Below, piece by piece: positions 30,278-40,276 of a DNA stretch of 64,000 nt. Each line of letters starts with the position of its first letter. Position 1 is the first letter of the stretch. Source of the stretch: Elusimicrobiota bacterium. GTDB taxonomy: Bacteria > Elusimicrobiota > Elusimicrobia > F11. Below the pieces are notes generated by a model. That model made no database searches, was not told the DNA's origin, and saw only the letters and a list, made by a program, of their open reading frames with translations. Position numbers and translations under genes: made by a program. Location of the stretch: assembly GCA_044221725.1 (NCBI GenBank), contig JBGAON010000005.1, positions 96,001 to 160,000 of the forward strand. The letters are read 5' to 3'.

Positions 30278-31348
30278 GTGGAAATAGGAATCGTTGGGCT
30301 GCCGAACGTCGGCAAATCATCCCTTTTTAATGCGTTGACCGCGGCCGGTGTGGCGTCGGAGAATTTTCCGTTTACGACCATCGAGCCGAACGTGGGTGTG
30401 GTGCCGGTGCGCGACGGGCGGTTGGATCAATTGGAAAAATTGTACGCGGCTCCGAAAAAGGTGCCGGCCGCAATTCGGTTTGTGGATATTGCGGGCCTCG
30501 TGCCTGGTGCCAGCAAGGGCGAAGGGCGCGGCAATGACTTTTTGGACGACATTCGAAACGTTGATGCGATTGCCCAAGTTGTGCGCTGCTTTGATGATGC
30601 GGATGTCATCAATGTCCTCGGCGACTTAAACCCTCGCAAAGATGCGGAGGTTATTTCGCTCGAACTTTTGCTGGCGGATTTGGGCCAGGCCGAAAAACTG
30701 ATCGAGAAGTATCGCGGGCCCGCCAAATCCGGCAACGAAGAGGCGAAGAAAAACTTTGAATTTCTCGATGGGATTCGAAAAAAACTGGAAGAAGGAGTGC
30801 CCCTGCGGCGGCAAAATATTTCTGCGGCCGCGCTGAAGAATTTCAATTTTCTCACGATCAAGCCTGTTCTGTATATCGCGAACGTGAACGAAAAAACGCC
30901 GCCCGCGGTCGTGAACATTGTGCGCGAATACGCGCAACAAGAAGGCGGCGACGTGGTGGAAATCAACAACAAACTGGAAGCCGACGTAATGATGTTGCCC
31001 GAAGAAGAACGGGCCGCTTTCCGTCAAGAGTTGGGAATTAAAGAATCCGGTTTGGACGCGTTAGCCAAAGCCGGAGAAAAGCTTCTCAGTCTCATCACGT
31101 TTTTCGCGGCGGGCCCAAAAGAAGTGCACGCGTGGCACATAACAAAGGGAGCCACCGTTCCGCAGGCCGCCGGAAAAATTCACTCGGATCTGGAGCGCGG
31201 TTTTATTCGGGCCGAAGTTTTTTCTTATGAGGATCTAATTGAGGCCGGATCCGAAGCGGCTCTTCGCGCCAAGGGCAAGATCCGGATGGAGGGGAAGGAC
31301 TACGTCACCCGCGATGGGGACGTTTTGCACATCCATTTTAAGGTTTGA
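30278..31348 (+). CDS. ychF: Ribosome-binding ATPase YchF
   Basis: GIVGLPNVGKSS, FPFTTIEPN, DIAGLV.GAS.GEG, AAGKIHSD..RGFIRAE. Confidence 0.97.
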   Translation: MEIGIVGLPNVGKSSLFNALTAAGVASENFPFTTIEPNVGVVPVRDGRLDQLEKLYAAPKKVPAAIRFVDIAGLVPGASKGEGRGNDFLDDIRNVDAIAQVVRCFDDADVINVLGDLNPRKDAEVISLELLLADLGQAEKLIEKYRGPAKSGNEEAKKNFEFLDGIRKKLEEGVPLRRQNISAAALKNFNFLTIKPVLYIANVNEKTPPAVVNIVREYAQQEGGDVVEINNKLEADVMMLPEEERAAFRQELGIKESGLDALAKAGEKLLSLITFFAAGPKEVHAWHITKGATVPQAAGKIHSDLERGFIRAEVFSYEDLIEAGSEAALRAKGKIRMEGKDYVTRDGDVLHIHFKV

Positions 31349-31705
31349 TCCAATCAATTTTCGCTCAAACTCGTGCTTGAGCGCTGGCGCGATGTAGGTC
31401 CAGTGAATAACGCGCAATCCATAAATCATTCCCAACGTCGTTTCTCTTTTCCAGATCACCTCGGTAATGCATAGAGAGGTATCTTCTTCATGCTGAATGC
31501 TGAGGCAAAACCGTGTTCCAACCGGCGCATCGTGCCAAACCCTTACGCGCATTCCGTTTTTGGAAATATCCAGAAGTTCCGTGGAAATAACCTGACTAAG
31601 CGCGGATTCACTCGAATCGACAAGTTGGGCCGGAAGATTGACCGAACAACGGGATTCTCGGCGGCGTTCGTGGTCCGGTAGGTCAGGGTCTCTGGGCAAC
31701 GTCAT
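31235..31705 (-). CDS. PilZ-domain (c-di-GMP receptor) protein
   Basis: ERRRESR (RxxxR) and DISKNG (DxSxxG) motifs. Confidence 0.8.
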   Translation of the reverse strand: MTLPRDPDLPDHERRRESRCSVNLPAQLVDSSESALSQVISTELLDISKNGMRVRVWHDAPVGTRFCLSIQHEEDTSLCITEVIWKRETTLGMIYGLRVIHWTYIAPALKHEFERKLIGSNLKMDVQNVPIAGDVVLPLHPDLALGAKSRFGSGLN

Positions 31706-31820
31706 GAAACAAGCATAGCCCGCTTTTCCGTCGGAATCATGGGAATTCCAGGGGGTGTGACGAAGATCACGATTCTTTACAGATTGGTTACGAGGAATTA
31801 ATAGGTTCTTAAACCTTTTT

Positions 31821-34406
31821 TTGTTTTATCGATTCGTGAGATTTTCGAGGCGTTTTTCTTCAATTTTCGCGGTCTTTATAAGCCTGCTGGTTTTTTCCAG
31901 CGGTTCCGTTTTTTCATATTCCGCAGAAACGAATTCATTGACGAGACTTCTGCGCTTTACCGTCTTTCACATCCACGATGTCCATAAAAACCATCAAGCC
32001 CAGCTCGATATTGCGGATCAGGTAAGGAAGCTCATCAAAAACAATCCGGACGTCGTGGTCGCGCTAGAGGGATTTTCTGGCCGGTACGATCCGACCGCGG
32101 TGAGATCGTTTGTGCTGCCGAACCTCGTCGCAACAGTGTCCCAAAATCTTCTCGAACAGAATAAAATTTCCGGAGCCATACACGGTGTTTGGACGGCCGA
32201 CCATAACGCACAGGTGGTTGGTATTGATGATGATGGCCACCACGAGTCAAACGTTACCGCGTATTTAAGATCGCGGTATTTTTTCGATAAGGCCGAAGCG
32301 AAACTGCGACGCGATGAAGCGCGAATTTCGAAAGAAAAGCGCCTTCTTTTTCATCGTTCTTTAAGAAGATTCGACGCGATGGTAGAAAAATTCACAACCA
32401 CTCAATCCGAGCTTTCTGCCTATTTGTCCGAAGTCGCCGCCAATGCGCCCGAAAACTATCCCGAAATCGCTCGCTATGTCCGGGTGGATTCTGCCGAGCG
32501 CGACTTTCAAATGAACCGTGCCATTCTTACCCAAGCGGTTCACATTTCCGGCGAACGTCTTTTGTCTGAAACGAAGGTTGCCGAGAAAGCGGCTTACGAG
32601 CATCTCTGCCAAAATGAAAACGAACGGAAGTTGGTGAGCGCTGGCCGCCGGCTCCGGCTTGTCCGAAAATTATTGACATTTTCGCTGACGCGGCAGGAAT
32701 GGGAAGATTACAAGCTCCAGCGTTTCCACCAACAAACCGATTTGGAACCGTTTGAAAGTTTTTACCGCGAAGCCGAAATCCGCGATGCATTGATGGCGAA
32801 GAATGTTCTTTCTTTGGCGAAGAAAAACAAAACGATTGTGCTCGTCACGGGCGGATTCCACGCCGCTTCGATGGATCGGGCTCTTGTTGCGGCTGGTGGT
32901 TCGGTGCAAACGTTCGTTCCCAAAATCTCGAGGCCGATCTGTCGTGACGGATCCTCGTATTTAAATTCTTTTCTCGCCGATCACCCAGTCCCGCATCGCG
33001 CTCTCGTTGAGCTGGTTGATGAAGTCGGAAAAATCGCTTTGCAGCGAAAGAAAATTTCCGCAGCGGCGTTCCAAGGCTGGGCTCAGAAAGTGTGCGAACA
33101 TCCTGATTCGAGCCGAGCCCGAAAAAATGTGATTGCGGATCGGCTGTTGCGCGTGCTTGGTTTGGATGATCGGTTAAAGATTGCGGTGCTTTTACAAAAA
33201 TCATCTTCGGACGGACCGGTTCTCATCGAAACGATTGAGTTGCCAGAAGGTCCCATGAAACATGGACTCGAAATCCTTCGGGAGCGACTGAAAGGAAATC
33301 GGTTTTTCTTGCTGCACCGGCACAATCGATTAATCGCTGTCTATCCGGATCCGGCGCAATTTAAAGATAAGCGCGGACTCGAATATTTTGACTTTTCGCC
33401 GTTTTACACCGATGTTCCGCAGTTCGGTACAGACGACATGATGAATCGTTGGGCCGCCTTTGCGACGCAGCGCGAACAGGATTTCAAAGAAGTGGATTAT
33501 TTTGCGAACTATCTTTGCACGCTCAATCACTTCAAATATTTTTATCCGGTTTCCAAAGAAGCCTATGGTTTTAATCTTGTCAGCGTTGACGTTAACGCGC
33601 GCCATCTGAGTGTCACGCGGCTCGATCTCAAAGCGCCCCAACGGACGCTGCATCCGTTGCTCTCAACGAACGCCCATGTTCGACGCTTTATTTTGCCCAT
33701 TTTTCCAACGGTCTATAATCCTGAACCGGTTTTTGGCGAAGACAAAGCCTTTTATGAAACCGTTTTGAAAAGCGGCCTGACGCAAGAATGGTCCGATAAT
33801 TTTGCGGCTCTTGTGGTGGGCGCGGGCAGCGGATTTGACTCTGTGATCCTTTATCTTGCTTGGCTTTTGTCTGTCGGAGAAGATGCATTGTCCTCAAAAC
33901 GGCAACCCAAGATGGGGTTTCGACTTCGAGACATTAATCCAATCGCACGTGAGAATGCGTTGGTGACCGCTGCGTTGGTTGGCTTTCCGGTGGATGCTCA
34001 AGTGGGCGATAACGCGCCGACCGAGGGAAATTTTGACATGGTGGTTTGGAACATGCCGGCGGCTTACGATCGTCATCGTCCGCCAACAGGAGTTTCTGCT
34101 CGTTTTGAGTTTGCGCACGACGGCGACCCTGACTTTTTGACGTTACGGGTTTTTGCATCTCGATTGCCAGCGCTGTTGCGCACGGTTGGCGGTCTCGGAA
34201 TATTTTGGAACACGAACGGGCTTTCCAATATTGCGGTGCGTCTTTTCGAGACGGCAGGAAGGAGCACGGAAGACGATGAGACGCCGAAACTCATGGACGT
34301 CGAAAAGCTTTCACGAGGGAACAGACCCGACGATGCAGCGACCTACACGGTCACCCATTTGAACAGCTTTTTGCATTCAAATCGCGCTGTTTTGGCTTCT
34401 TCGTGA
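31821..34406 (+). CDS. Exported modular protein: conserved HIxDVH...GGFH N-terminal domain plus C-terminal class I SAM-methyltransferase-like domain
   Basis: Signal-like N-terminus; paralogous to the 57757 ORF; C-terminal LVVGAGSG, DINPIA..NA, FDMVVWNMP. Confidence 0.75.
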   Translation: MFYRFVRFSRRFSSIFAVFISLLVFSSGSVFSYSAETNSLTRLLRFTVFHIHDVHKNHQAQLDIADQVRKLIKNNPDVVVALEGFSGRYDPTAVRSFVLPNLVATVSQNLLEQNKISGAIHGVWTADHNAQVVGIDDDGHHESNVTAYLRSRYFFDKAEAKLRRDEARISKEKRLLFHRSLRRFDAMVEKFTTTQSELSAYLSEVAANAPENYPEIARYVRVDSAERDFQMNRAILTQAVHISGERLLSETKVAEKAAYEHLCQNENERKLVSAGRRLRLVRKLLTFSLTRQEWEDYKLQRFHQQTDLEPFESFYREAEIRDALMAKNVLSLAKKNKTIVLVTGGFHAASMDRALVAAGGSVQTFVPKISRPICRDGSSYLNSFLADHPVPHRALVELVDEVGKIALQRKKISAAAFQGWAQKVCEHPDSSRARKNVIADRLLRVLGLDDRLKIAVLLQKSSSDGPVLIETIELPEGPMKHGLEILRERLKGNRFFLLHRHNRLIAVYPDPAQFKDKRGLEYFDFSPFYTDVPQFGTDDMMNRWAAFATQREQDFKEVDYFANYLCTLNHFKYFYPVSKEAYGFNLVSVDVNARHLSVTRLDLKAPQRTLHPLLSTNAHVRRFILPIFPTVYNPEPVFGEDKAFYETVLKSGLTQEWSDNFAALVVGAGSGFDSVILYLAWLLSVGEDALSSKRQPKMGFRLRDINPIARENALVTAALVGFPVDAQVGDNAPTEGNFDMVVWNMPAAYDRHRPPTGVSARFEFAHDGDPDFLTLRVFASRLPALLRTVGGLGIFWNTNGLSNIAVRLFETAGRSTEDDETPKLMDVEKLSRGNRPDDAATYTVTHLNSFLHSNRAVLASS

Positions 34407-34473
34407 CCGGCCGTTACCAAAGATTTACAACAATTTCATCTGCTTTTAAGAGGACCGGACGTAGAATACGCCC

Positions 34474-36303
34474 ATGAACAGCATGTTCCGCGAACGGGTG
34501 GATGCGCTGACCAAAGCCGGTGCAAAGGCGGCTTTGCAGCAGCTTCGCCACACGTTAAACCAAGCTCAGAAGAACGGTGATTCGGACAATACCGCGTGGG
34601 CGCTTATCCACACGGCGATGGTTCTGCGGGGTCAGCGGAAGCTCACGTCGCTTCTCAAAATGTTGCAGGAAGCGCAGAGCATTTTCTCCTCCAACAACAA
34701 CACCGCCGGCGAAGCCGCCGCCATTTACGAACAGTCACTCGCAAACCGTGAAATTGGTCGCCCAACCATTGCACTGGAATTGGGTCTTAAAGCCGCGGCG
34801 ATGTTTCAGGGACTGAATCAAACCGCGGAATTGGGTTGGGCCTACAGCAATCTCTCCCTCATTTATTTCAATCAATTGCGCCGCGCCGAAAGCCTGAGCT
34901 ACGCGAAAAAGGCCCAAGCTATCTTTATGGAATTCGGTTCCGAAAACGGAATGGCGTGGAACAACTGTAATCTCGGCGCTCTCTACCATCAGATGGGTTT
35001 TGTCGAGGAAGCGCGTCAGCATTTTTCTAACGCACTTGCCGCGTTCGAAAAGCTCAACAGCAAGCAAGGTATTGCTTGGGCGCTTTTGGGACTCGGTATG
35101 GTGCAGCGCACCGAATGCAAATTGGCGGACGCCGAATTTACGCTGAACCGCGCGAAGGGTTTGTTCGAAGACTTGGATCTTAAAGACCGCATCGCGTGGT
35201 GCTCGCTCAACTTGGCGGCCATCAAGCGCTACGGGGGGCAACAAGAGCAAGCGATTGAGCTCAACAAGGAAGCCATTCAACTTTTCACGCCGCTGCGCAA
35301 TCACGACGGTGTTGCGTGGGGCCTGTTCCAAATGGCACAAATCACGCGTGATCAGGGGCATCTCATGAAAGCGTGGCAAACGTTTCGTGAGGCGCTTGTG
35401 CTGCACGGTGACGTGATGAACCGCACCGGCGGCGGTTGGGGTGAAAACGAGCTCGGTGAGACATTCCTCGACCTGGGCGATTTGGCACGCGCGCGCGAAT
35501 GTTTCATCAAAGCCCGCGTGGCCGCCGAGCAATTGGATCTGGTGTCGCTGCGCGCCGAGTCCGAAAAGAACATGGCATGGCTGTATCTTGAAGAAGGCGT
35601 GATTCAGAAAGCAACCGCGGCGCTCGACCGCGCGGAGTCGATTGCTCAGAAACACTTGATGCGCGACATTCTTGCCGAAGTTTTGTTGGTCCGCACACGA
35701 TTGTGGCTCATTCTCGGCGAGGTGAAACAAGCGCGCGACGTGTTGCAGTCGGCAAACGCGCTGATCGGTGCCACCGATCTAAAATATTTAAAGACCGATC
35801 TCGGCATTCTCAACGGCGAGCTTTTAGCGTTGGAAGGCAAAAAAGAAGAGGCGCTTGTAATGTTTCATGACACCGCGATTCTGGCCAAAAAAATGCGGCA
35901 GCGTCGTCAACGCGCCGAAGCCCTGTTGGGCGCCATTCAGCTGCAACGCCATGACAAAAATCCTGCGCAGCTCGCGCTTTCCTTGTTTCATGTCGAAAAA
36001 GACGTGCGCGCGGTCGGATCACGGAAACTGAAATCAAAATATCTCGCAGTGAAAGGATATTTGGCATCGCATTCGGCGCACGCCGGAGACAACCGCTTCT
36101 TCGACCAAAGTCTCGAAGGGTTGGACGCCGGAGAATTGCGCGTTTTGCAAAAACAGGTTTTGGATTTGACGCTGCACGTATCAAACAATCCGTCGTATCA
36201 ACATCAGCTTCGACAGTTGCTTGAGACCGGTTACGTTGATTTGCATTTGGTCCGTCCGCGAACCGAATGGATTGAAATATTGCCGGTGTCGTTAGCTGTA
36301 TAA
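34474..36303 (+). CDS. Tetratricopeptide repeat protein
   Basis: About 40-aa repeats G.AW...NLG...A...F..L. Confidence 0.85.
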   Translation: MNSMFRERVDALTKAGAKAALQQLRHTLNQAQKNGDSDNTAWALIHTAMVLRGQRKLTSLLKMLQEAQSIFSSNNNTAGEAAAIYEQSLANREIGRPTIALELGLKAAAMFQGLNQTAELGWAYSNLSLIYFNQLRRAESLSYAKKAQAIFMEFGSENGMAWNNCNLGALYHQMGFVEEARQHFSNALAAFEKLNSKQGIAWALLGLGMVQRTECKLADAEFTLNRAKGLFEDLDLKDRIAWCSLNLAAIKRYGGQQEQAIELNKEAIQLFTPLRNHDGVAWGLFQMAQITRDQGHLMKAWQTFREALVLHGDVMNRTGGGWGENELGETFLDLGDLARARECFIKARVAAEQLDLVSLRAESEKNMAWLYLEEGVIQKATAALDRAESIAQKHLMRDILAEVLLVRTRLWLILGEVKQARDVLQSANALIGATDLKYLKTDLGILNGELLALEGKKEEALVMFHDTAILAKKMRQRRQRAEALLGAIQLQRHDKNPAQLALSLFHVEKDVRAVGSRKLKSKYLAVKGYLASHSAHAGDNRFFDQSLEGLDAGELRVLQKQVLDLTLHVSNNPSYQHQLRQLLETGYVDLHLVRPRTEWIEILPVSLAV

Positions 36304-36313
36304 TGCGAGACCT

Positions 36314-37039
36314 ATGAAACCTCAGCGCACACAAAAAAGATCGGTCTCTCCTTTCGGCTACGGGCCCGCGACGATTGATGATCCGTTCGCGCAACTTCGT
36401 GAACGGTTGTCCGCGTTGTTCCCGGTGCCCTCCGAAAACGCCAAATCCCAACTAAAAATTATTGAAGACGCCTGTTTCCTTCCCGAATGGATCGAAAAAA
36501 TTTCTGATGCTCCGGCAAACGACGCCCCCGGTTTGGACACGCTGTGCCAATTTATTCTTCGGTACCGTGAAACGTTTCGTGAACGCGGGTTAGAAGACAT
36601 TCTGTTCGAGACAATGAAGCAATTGTTCGATCGGAAGACCGAACTTTTCATGGTGGACCATCAAGACCGGGCCCAATGTGAGCGAATGGGTTGGTCGGCC
36701 GACTACCGCGATTTGGTTTTGTTTTCGAAAGAGCGCGATGCGCTGGTGGGCCGGTTCTTTGCGCCGTTCACGGAGATGCAACCCGGATTGTTTTCGGAAT
36801 TTGTGAACCGTTGGATTGAATCAGAAAATCCGGATCGGATTTTGCACTTCTTGGATTTCTGTACGGGTTCCAAAAATCCCACGTTTGAGCATTACTTGTT
36901 GTTTTCGCACCCGGCGCTGGCGCGGGTTGTGACGAACAAGGCGCAACTAAAAGCGTTGTTCGAAAAGACGAAGCCGCTCGTCTCGAAGTTATCGTCTCCT
37001 ACTTGGGAGCATGATGCGCGGCTGGCGCTTTCGGTTTAG
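36314..37039 (+). CDS. Hypothetical protein
   Basis: 241-aa ORF co-oriented with and directly after the TPR gene. Confidence 0.65.
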   Translation: MKPQRTQKRSVSPFGYGPATIDDPFAQLRERLSALFPVPSENAKSQLKIIEDACFLPEWIEKISDAPANDAPGLDTLCQFILRYRETFRERGLEDILFETMKQLFDRKTELFMVDHQDRAQCERMGWSADYRDLVLFSKERDALVGRFFAPFTEMQPGLFSEFVNRWIESENPDRILHFLDFCTGSKNPTFEHYLLFSHPALARVVTNKAQLKALFEKTKPLVSKLSSPTWEHDARLALSV

Positions 37040-37859
37040 CCGGCCCCGCGGCCGCTTTCTCGGCTCGCTTCTTCGTCGCCTCAATCGATTTCTTTAGTTG
37101 ATGGCGCGTTTCCTCATCGGCCTCACTGTTGGCCGCACTTCGTAACCTCTTCAAATCTTTCGAGGTTCCGTGCTGCGTGAAATACAGCGCAGCAAAAAGT
37201 CGAATGTCCACGTCGGCCGAATCCAAGTGCGCGAGCACGGTTTTGTTTTTCCGCGATGCCACTTCCAGTCCTTTGTTTGCGCGTTCCTGAACGTACGAAT
37301 TTTGATCGGCGGCCATTTGTTTAAGCGCCTCTGAAAAATCGTTCTTGGACGATTGCAAGGACGCCATTGCGAGCGCTGCGGCGCCGCGAATTTCCGGTGC
37401 CGGATCTTGCGCCAGTTTCACGAGCGCGGGAATGGCTTTATCCGATTGCAGAAGTCCCAGCCCGAGTGTCGCGTTTTGGCGCAGCGAAAGAATCGGATCT
37501 CCCTCTGCAATCTCCACGAACGTCGGTAACGCCGAAACGGGTCGCAAGCGAATGAGGGAGTTAAGCGCCGCCGAACGCACGAGCAGCCCTCGGTTCTTGG
37601 AAGCTTCAATCAATGTTGGGACCTTGGATTTCGCGTCCAGTTCGCCCAGCGCCCAAGCGGCACGTTCCTTTACGCGAATGGTCGTGCCGGGATCTGTTAG
37701 TGCTGCGGAAATCTCTTTGATCTCCGACTTGCTGGCTTTCTTTTGCTGGACGATTTTGTCGATCTTTGCGGCGGCGACTTCTGGATCATCGGATACCAGA
37801 GAGGCAAACGAGGATGCCCAAACGCTGCTTATTAAAAGGAAGGTAAGCAGTTTTTTCAA
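36999..37859 (-). CDS. Exported HEAT-repeat protein
   Basis: Signal peptide MKKLLTFLLISSVWASSFA; repeats such as VKERAAWALG, AIPALVKLAQDPAPEIRGAAA. Confidence 0.85.
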   Translation of the reverse strand: MKKLLTFLLISSVWASSFASLVSDDPEVAAAKIDKIVQQKKASKSEIKEISAALTDPGTTIRVKERAAWALGELDAKSKVPTLIEASKNRGLLVRSAALNSLIRLRPVSALPTFVEIAEGDPILSLRQNATLGLGLLQSDKAIPALVKLAQDPAPEIRGAAALAMASLQSSKNDFSEALKQMAADQNSYVQERANKGLEVASRKNKTVLAHLDSADVDIRLFAALYFTQHGTSKDLKRLRSAANSEADEETRHQLKKSIEATKKRAEKAAAGPAKPKAPAAHHAPK

Positions 37860-38452
37860 AGTGATTTTCGCCCTTCCAGCGCGCGCGCCAGCGTCAACTC
37901 GTCCGCGTACTCGAGCGCCACGCCCGATGGTAATCCATAGGCGAGCCGCGTCACGCGTTTTCCGAGCGGATGAATAATCTGAGCCAAATACGTGGCGGTT
38001 GCTTCGCCTTCGACGGTCGGATTCGTCGCGAGAATCACTTCTTCGATGCGCGGATCCTCGGCTTCGAGCCGCTTTAAAAGCACATCAATGCGCAATTGTT
38101 TGGGACCGATTCCATCGAGCGGCGAAAGCACGCCGCCGAGCAAATGATAGGTGCCGCGGTACGCGCCGGAGCGTTCCATTGCCTCCAGGTCCGCCATTTC
38201 TTCAACGACGCACAACATTTGGCGCTCCCGTGTCGCGTCGGAGCAGCGCACGCACGGATTTTCTTCGGTGAACATTCCGCACAGCGAACAACGTCTTAAA
38301 TTTTTCTTGGCGTCCGCAATTGTGCGCAAAATACTTTCGGTGTCGTCCGATCGCATCAGATGAAGCGCAATGCGCTCGGCCATCTTCGGTCCCACGCCCG
38401 GCAGTTTCCGGATGGCCAGAACGAGGTTATGCCACCGCTGAGACGGCATCAT
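37856..38452 (-). CDS. recR: Recombination mediator RecR
   Basis: LPGVGPKMAERIA, C4 finger, LSPLDGIGP, ILATNPTVEGEATA. Confidence 0.98.
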   Translation of the reverse strand: MMPSQRWHNLVLAIRKLPGVGPKMAERIALHLMRSDDTESILRTIADAKKNLRRCSLCGMFTEENPCVRCSDATRERQMLCVVEEMADLEAMERSGAYRGTYHLLGGVLSPLDGIGPKQLRIDVLLKRLEAEDPRIEEVILATNPTVEGEATATYLAQIIHPLGKRVTRLAYGLPSGVALEYADELTLARALEGRKSL

Positions 38453-38467
38453 TTTGTCCCCCGGGGA

Positions 38468-38497
38468 ATCCTGGATAGAAACATTCCAGGATGACGG
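38468..38497. repeat. Family A half-element between dnaX and recR
   Basis: TCCTGGATAGAAACATTCCAGGATGACGG matches the 3' arm of copies 2-4. Confidence 0.75.
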
Positions 38498-40273
38498 CTA
38501 GGACTTTTTCTCACGCTTCACGGTTCCCGGGAAATGTTTGAGCGCTTTTTGTACGCCGGCGCTCGTTTCGGTGGGTTTCACTTCTTCGAAATTGTCGGAG
38601 CTCGCGACGTTCACCGCCAACGTTGGGCTCGGAGCTGGCCGCGCGGTAACGGCCGGTGGCGGGGAAGCTGGCATCGCGGTCTTTTCGATTTTTAAATCCA
38701 TCGGAATCCAAGCACCAAAGCGTTTCGTGAACAAATCTTTGAGCGTGTCCATTGAGCGGTTCACCATGTCGTGATTGAAAACTTTATCGAACCTTAGCAA
38801 CAACCGACCACCATCGTCCGCGACAATGGCTTGCTCGAGCGCGGACGCCAGCGAAGCTTTCACGGTCGCCACGTCCGAAATAAAACTGCTCCAGGATCCA
38901 AGCGCGATTTGCGCAGAAACACCAGAGGAAGAAGTGACTGGTGCCGGAACGGGTGTCGAGGGTGTTGTTGCTGGTAGGGAAGCAGAAACTTTCTCACCTC
39001 TCCCTTCAGGGAGAGGTCGATCGCCGAAGGCGGTCGGGTGAGGGGCCCCCGCGGGAGCCACCTCTTTCTTGCCCTCTCCCGCCCAGCTTCGCTCTAACGA
39101 GCTACGCTGGGCACCCTCTCCCTGAAGGGAGAGGGCACGAGCTGGAGCTTTCTCCAATTTCTCTAGCCGCTCCAAAAGAATTTTGGCATCCACGGTTTTT
39201 TGTCCGAGCCGCAGCGCCGCAATTTCAAAAATGGCGCGCGGCGTTTCGGAATGCCGCATGTCTTCAAGCGCGCGCGACAACAGGCGAATATTCCGCTCGA
39301 GGGTTTGGAAATCGAACGCGGCCGCGGCTTCTTTGAGCGTCTTCGAATTGACCTTAAACGCATCTTCGACGCCAGCCTTCGATAACAACAAATTGTGATA
39401 GTAGCTCTGCAAATCTTTCGCGAGCTGCATGAGATCAATTCCGTTCTGAACCGCTTCGTTCGCTGCCCGTAAAATTGCGGCCGGTTCGCCGGCGGCGACC
39501 GTCGACGCAAAATTCTGAATCATCTCCATGGGCAAGAGTCCCAGCAAGTCGCGGATCGTGTTCGACGTAATACCGTTCGGCGCGAACACAATCGCCTGAT
39601 CGAGCAGCGACAACGCGTCGCGCAAGCTGCCTTCCACAAATCGCACCACGTCGGACAATGCTTCGTCGGCCACTTTGATTTTCTCTTGCTGACAAATTGA
39701 TTTCAGATGTTTCAATACATGCTCGGCCGAAATAGGGCGCAGGCTGAAACGTTGGCAGCGCGACAAGATTGGCGCTGGAATTTTCTGCACCTCGGTGGTG
39801 GCCATCATGAACACCACGTGCGGCGGTGGTTCTTCGAGCGTTTTGAGCAGAGCGCCAAACGCGTCTTTGGTTATTTGATGCGCCTCATCGATGATGTAGA
39901 TGCGGTAACGGCTGTGCGCGGGGGCGTACTTCGCACTCTCGCGCAGTTCGCGAATCTGTTCGATGCCGCGGTTCGAGGCACCGTCGATCTCCAGCACGTC
40001 ATCGGTGGAATTGCTTTGGCTGATGGAGACGCACGCCGAACATTTGTTGCACGGCGTTTTCGTGGGGCCTTTCTCGCAGTTCAAACATTTCGCGAGAATG
40101 CGCGCGGTGGTGGTTTTGCCAACCCCACGCGGACCAGAAAAAACATACGCGTGGGCAACGCGGCCTGCTTCCACGGCGTTTAAGAGCGTTTGCGAGACCG
40201 CGTTTTGGCCTACTACTTCTTCAAATGTTTGCGGTCGGTATTTTCGAGCAAGAACAACGTACGAACCTGACAT
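38498..40273 (-). CDS. dnaX: DNA polymerase III gamma/tau
   Basis: LARKYRPQTF, GPRGVGKTT, EIDGASNRG, IIDEAH, LKTLEEPP, SRCQ. Confidence 0.98.
   Translation of the reverse strand: MSGSYVVLARKYRPQTFEEVVGQNAVSQTLLNAVEAGRVAHAYVFSGPRGVGKTTTARILAKCLNCEKGPTKTPCNKCSACVSISQSNSTDDVLEIDGASNRGIEQIRELRESAKYAPAHSRYRIYIIDEAHQITKDAFGALLKTLEEPPPHVVFMMATTEVQKIPAPILSRCQRFSLRPISAEHVLKHLKSICQQEKIKVADEALSDVVRFVEGSLRDALSLLDQAIVFAPNGITSNTIRDLLGLLPMEMIQNFASTVAAGEPAAILRAANEAVQNGIDLMQLAKDLQSYYHNLLLSKAGVEDAFKVNSKTLKEAAAAFDFQTLERNIRLLSRALEDMRHSETPRAIFEIAALRLGQKTVDAKILLERLEKLEKAPARALSLQGEGAQRSSLERSWAGEGKKEVAPAGAPHPTAFGDRPLPEGRGEKVSASLPATTPSTPVPAPVTSSSGVSAQIALGSWSSFISDVATVKASLASALEQAIVADDGGRLLLRFDKVFNHDMVNRSMDTLKDLFTKRFGAWIPMDLKIEKTAMPASPPPAVTARPAPSPTLAVNVASSDNFEEVKPTETSAGVQKALKHFPGTVKREKKS
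38995..39136. repeat. Family B doublet inserted in-frame in the dnaX linker
   Basis: CCTCTCCCTTCAGGGAGAGG at 38997 and its reverse complement CCCTCTCCCTGAAGGGAGAGGG at 39114, with internal hairpins. Confidence 0.85.
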
Positions 40274-40276
40274 AAG

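Noticed and set aside
38498..40273. Programmed -1 frameshift site in dnaX
   Set aside because: No clear A-AAA-AAG slippery site with an adjacent stimulator was identified at the expected position.
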